Shown here piece by piece: positions 63,525 through 64,000 of a stretch of DNA of 64,000 nt (the first letter of the stretch is position 1; every line of letters starts with the position of its first letter). Source of the stretch: an uncultured Rivularia sp. (GTDB taxonomy: Bacteria; Cyanobacteriota; Cyanobacteriia; Cyanobacteriales; Nostocaceae). The DNA is taken from contig OY762007.1 in assembly GCA_963665115.1 (NCBI GenBank), positions 1,376,001-1,440,000 on the forward strand, written 5' to 3'. The notes beneath the pieces were generated by a model. The model ran no database searches. It worked only from the letters and a program-made list of their open reading frames with translations, and had not been told where the DNA came from. Made by a program: the position numbers and the translations under genes.

Positions 63525-64000
63525 ATGGTTGCGTCAATTAAACGAGTTGCTTTAGTCGGTGGAACTCATGGTGGGGAACTTACGGGAGTATTTTTAGTTA
63601 ATAAATTTCAACAATCTCCGCAACTGATTCAACGAGATGGGATTGAAACAATTAGTTTAATTGCTAACGAAAAAGCTGTTGCTATAGGGACAAGATATAT
63701 AGATACAGATTTGAATCGAGCTTTCAACCGTCAAGAATTAGAAAATCCCCAATTAACCAATCACGAGCAATCATTAGCCAAAAAAATAACTCGCCGAATT
63801 AAAGAAGAGAAAATTGATTTAATCATTGACTTGCACAGCACAACAGCAAATATGGGATTAACGATAATTTTGCACTCGAATCATCCTTATTTAACCAAAT
63901 TGGCTGCATATCTTACACAAATTAATTCTAAAGTCAGAATATTACAACACACTCTTAATAAAGAATCATCTTACTTGATAAGCTCAGCGGAATTCGGAAT
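63525..64000 (+). CDS. aspartoacylase family protein, truncated by the window edge
   Basis: Manual translation: VALVGGTHGGELTG...RYIDTDLNR.F...IIDLHSTTANMG. Confidence 0.9.
   Translation, partial: MVASIKRVALVGGTHGGELTGVFLVNKFQQSPQLIQRDGIETISLIANEKAVAIGTRYIDTDLNRAFNRQELENPQLTNHEQSLAKKITRRIKEEKIDLIIDLHSTTANMGLTIILHSNHPYLTKLAAYLTQINSKVRILQHTLNKESSYLISSAEFG

Noticed and set aside
1..64000. Frequent GCGATCGC octamers
   Set aside because: Well-known cyanobacterial HIP1; used only as a taxonomic clue. No tRNA or rRNA genes were seen in the window.

Overview
AT-rich chromosomal DNA from a filamentous, heterocyst-type cyanobacterium (Nostocales-like), judged from abundant HIP1 GCGATCGC octamers, 7-bp STRR arrays, short palindromic dispersed repeats, cruF/cruG and a PEP-CTERM protein. 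Left part: a DUF433 gene, a GmrSD/DUF262-like remnant, rplU-rpmA, cruF-cruG, rnhA, LysR/GST/monooxygenase genes, a ferrochelatase-fold paralogue, an MFS transporter, ilvB and a PotC-like permease. Middle: a block of PEP-CTERM metalloprotease, TpsA/FHA-like exoprotein, DUF928, CHASE2 hybrid kinase, REC-histidine kinase, decayed TpsA and TPR-CHAT. This is followed by a complete 2.4-kb group II intron, a Ser/Thr kinase-FGE fusion and DUF1517. Right part: a Wzx/Wzy exopolysaccharide operon, a minus-strand cluster of MFS, three cytochromes P450, an O-methyltransferase and a StyC-like membrane protein, then the start of an aspartoacylase gene. Two observations stand out. (1) The group II intron sits 3 nt inside the right end of an IS200/IS605 (TnpB omega-RNA-type) remnant, and its putative EBS1 loop is complementary to that terminal motif. 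(2) The P450 cluster has no scaffold enzyme, two of its P450s have Lys in place of the I-helix acid, and five of its six genes carry a shared bipartite upstream motif G(C/A)ATAA-N14-CYCTAYNRRT. Seven frameshifts, all in short homopolymer runs, are most likely sequencing errors. Family assignments come from motif recognition only; no database searches were run.
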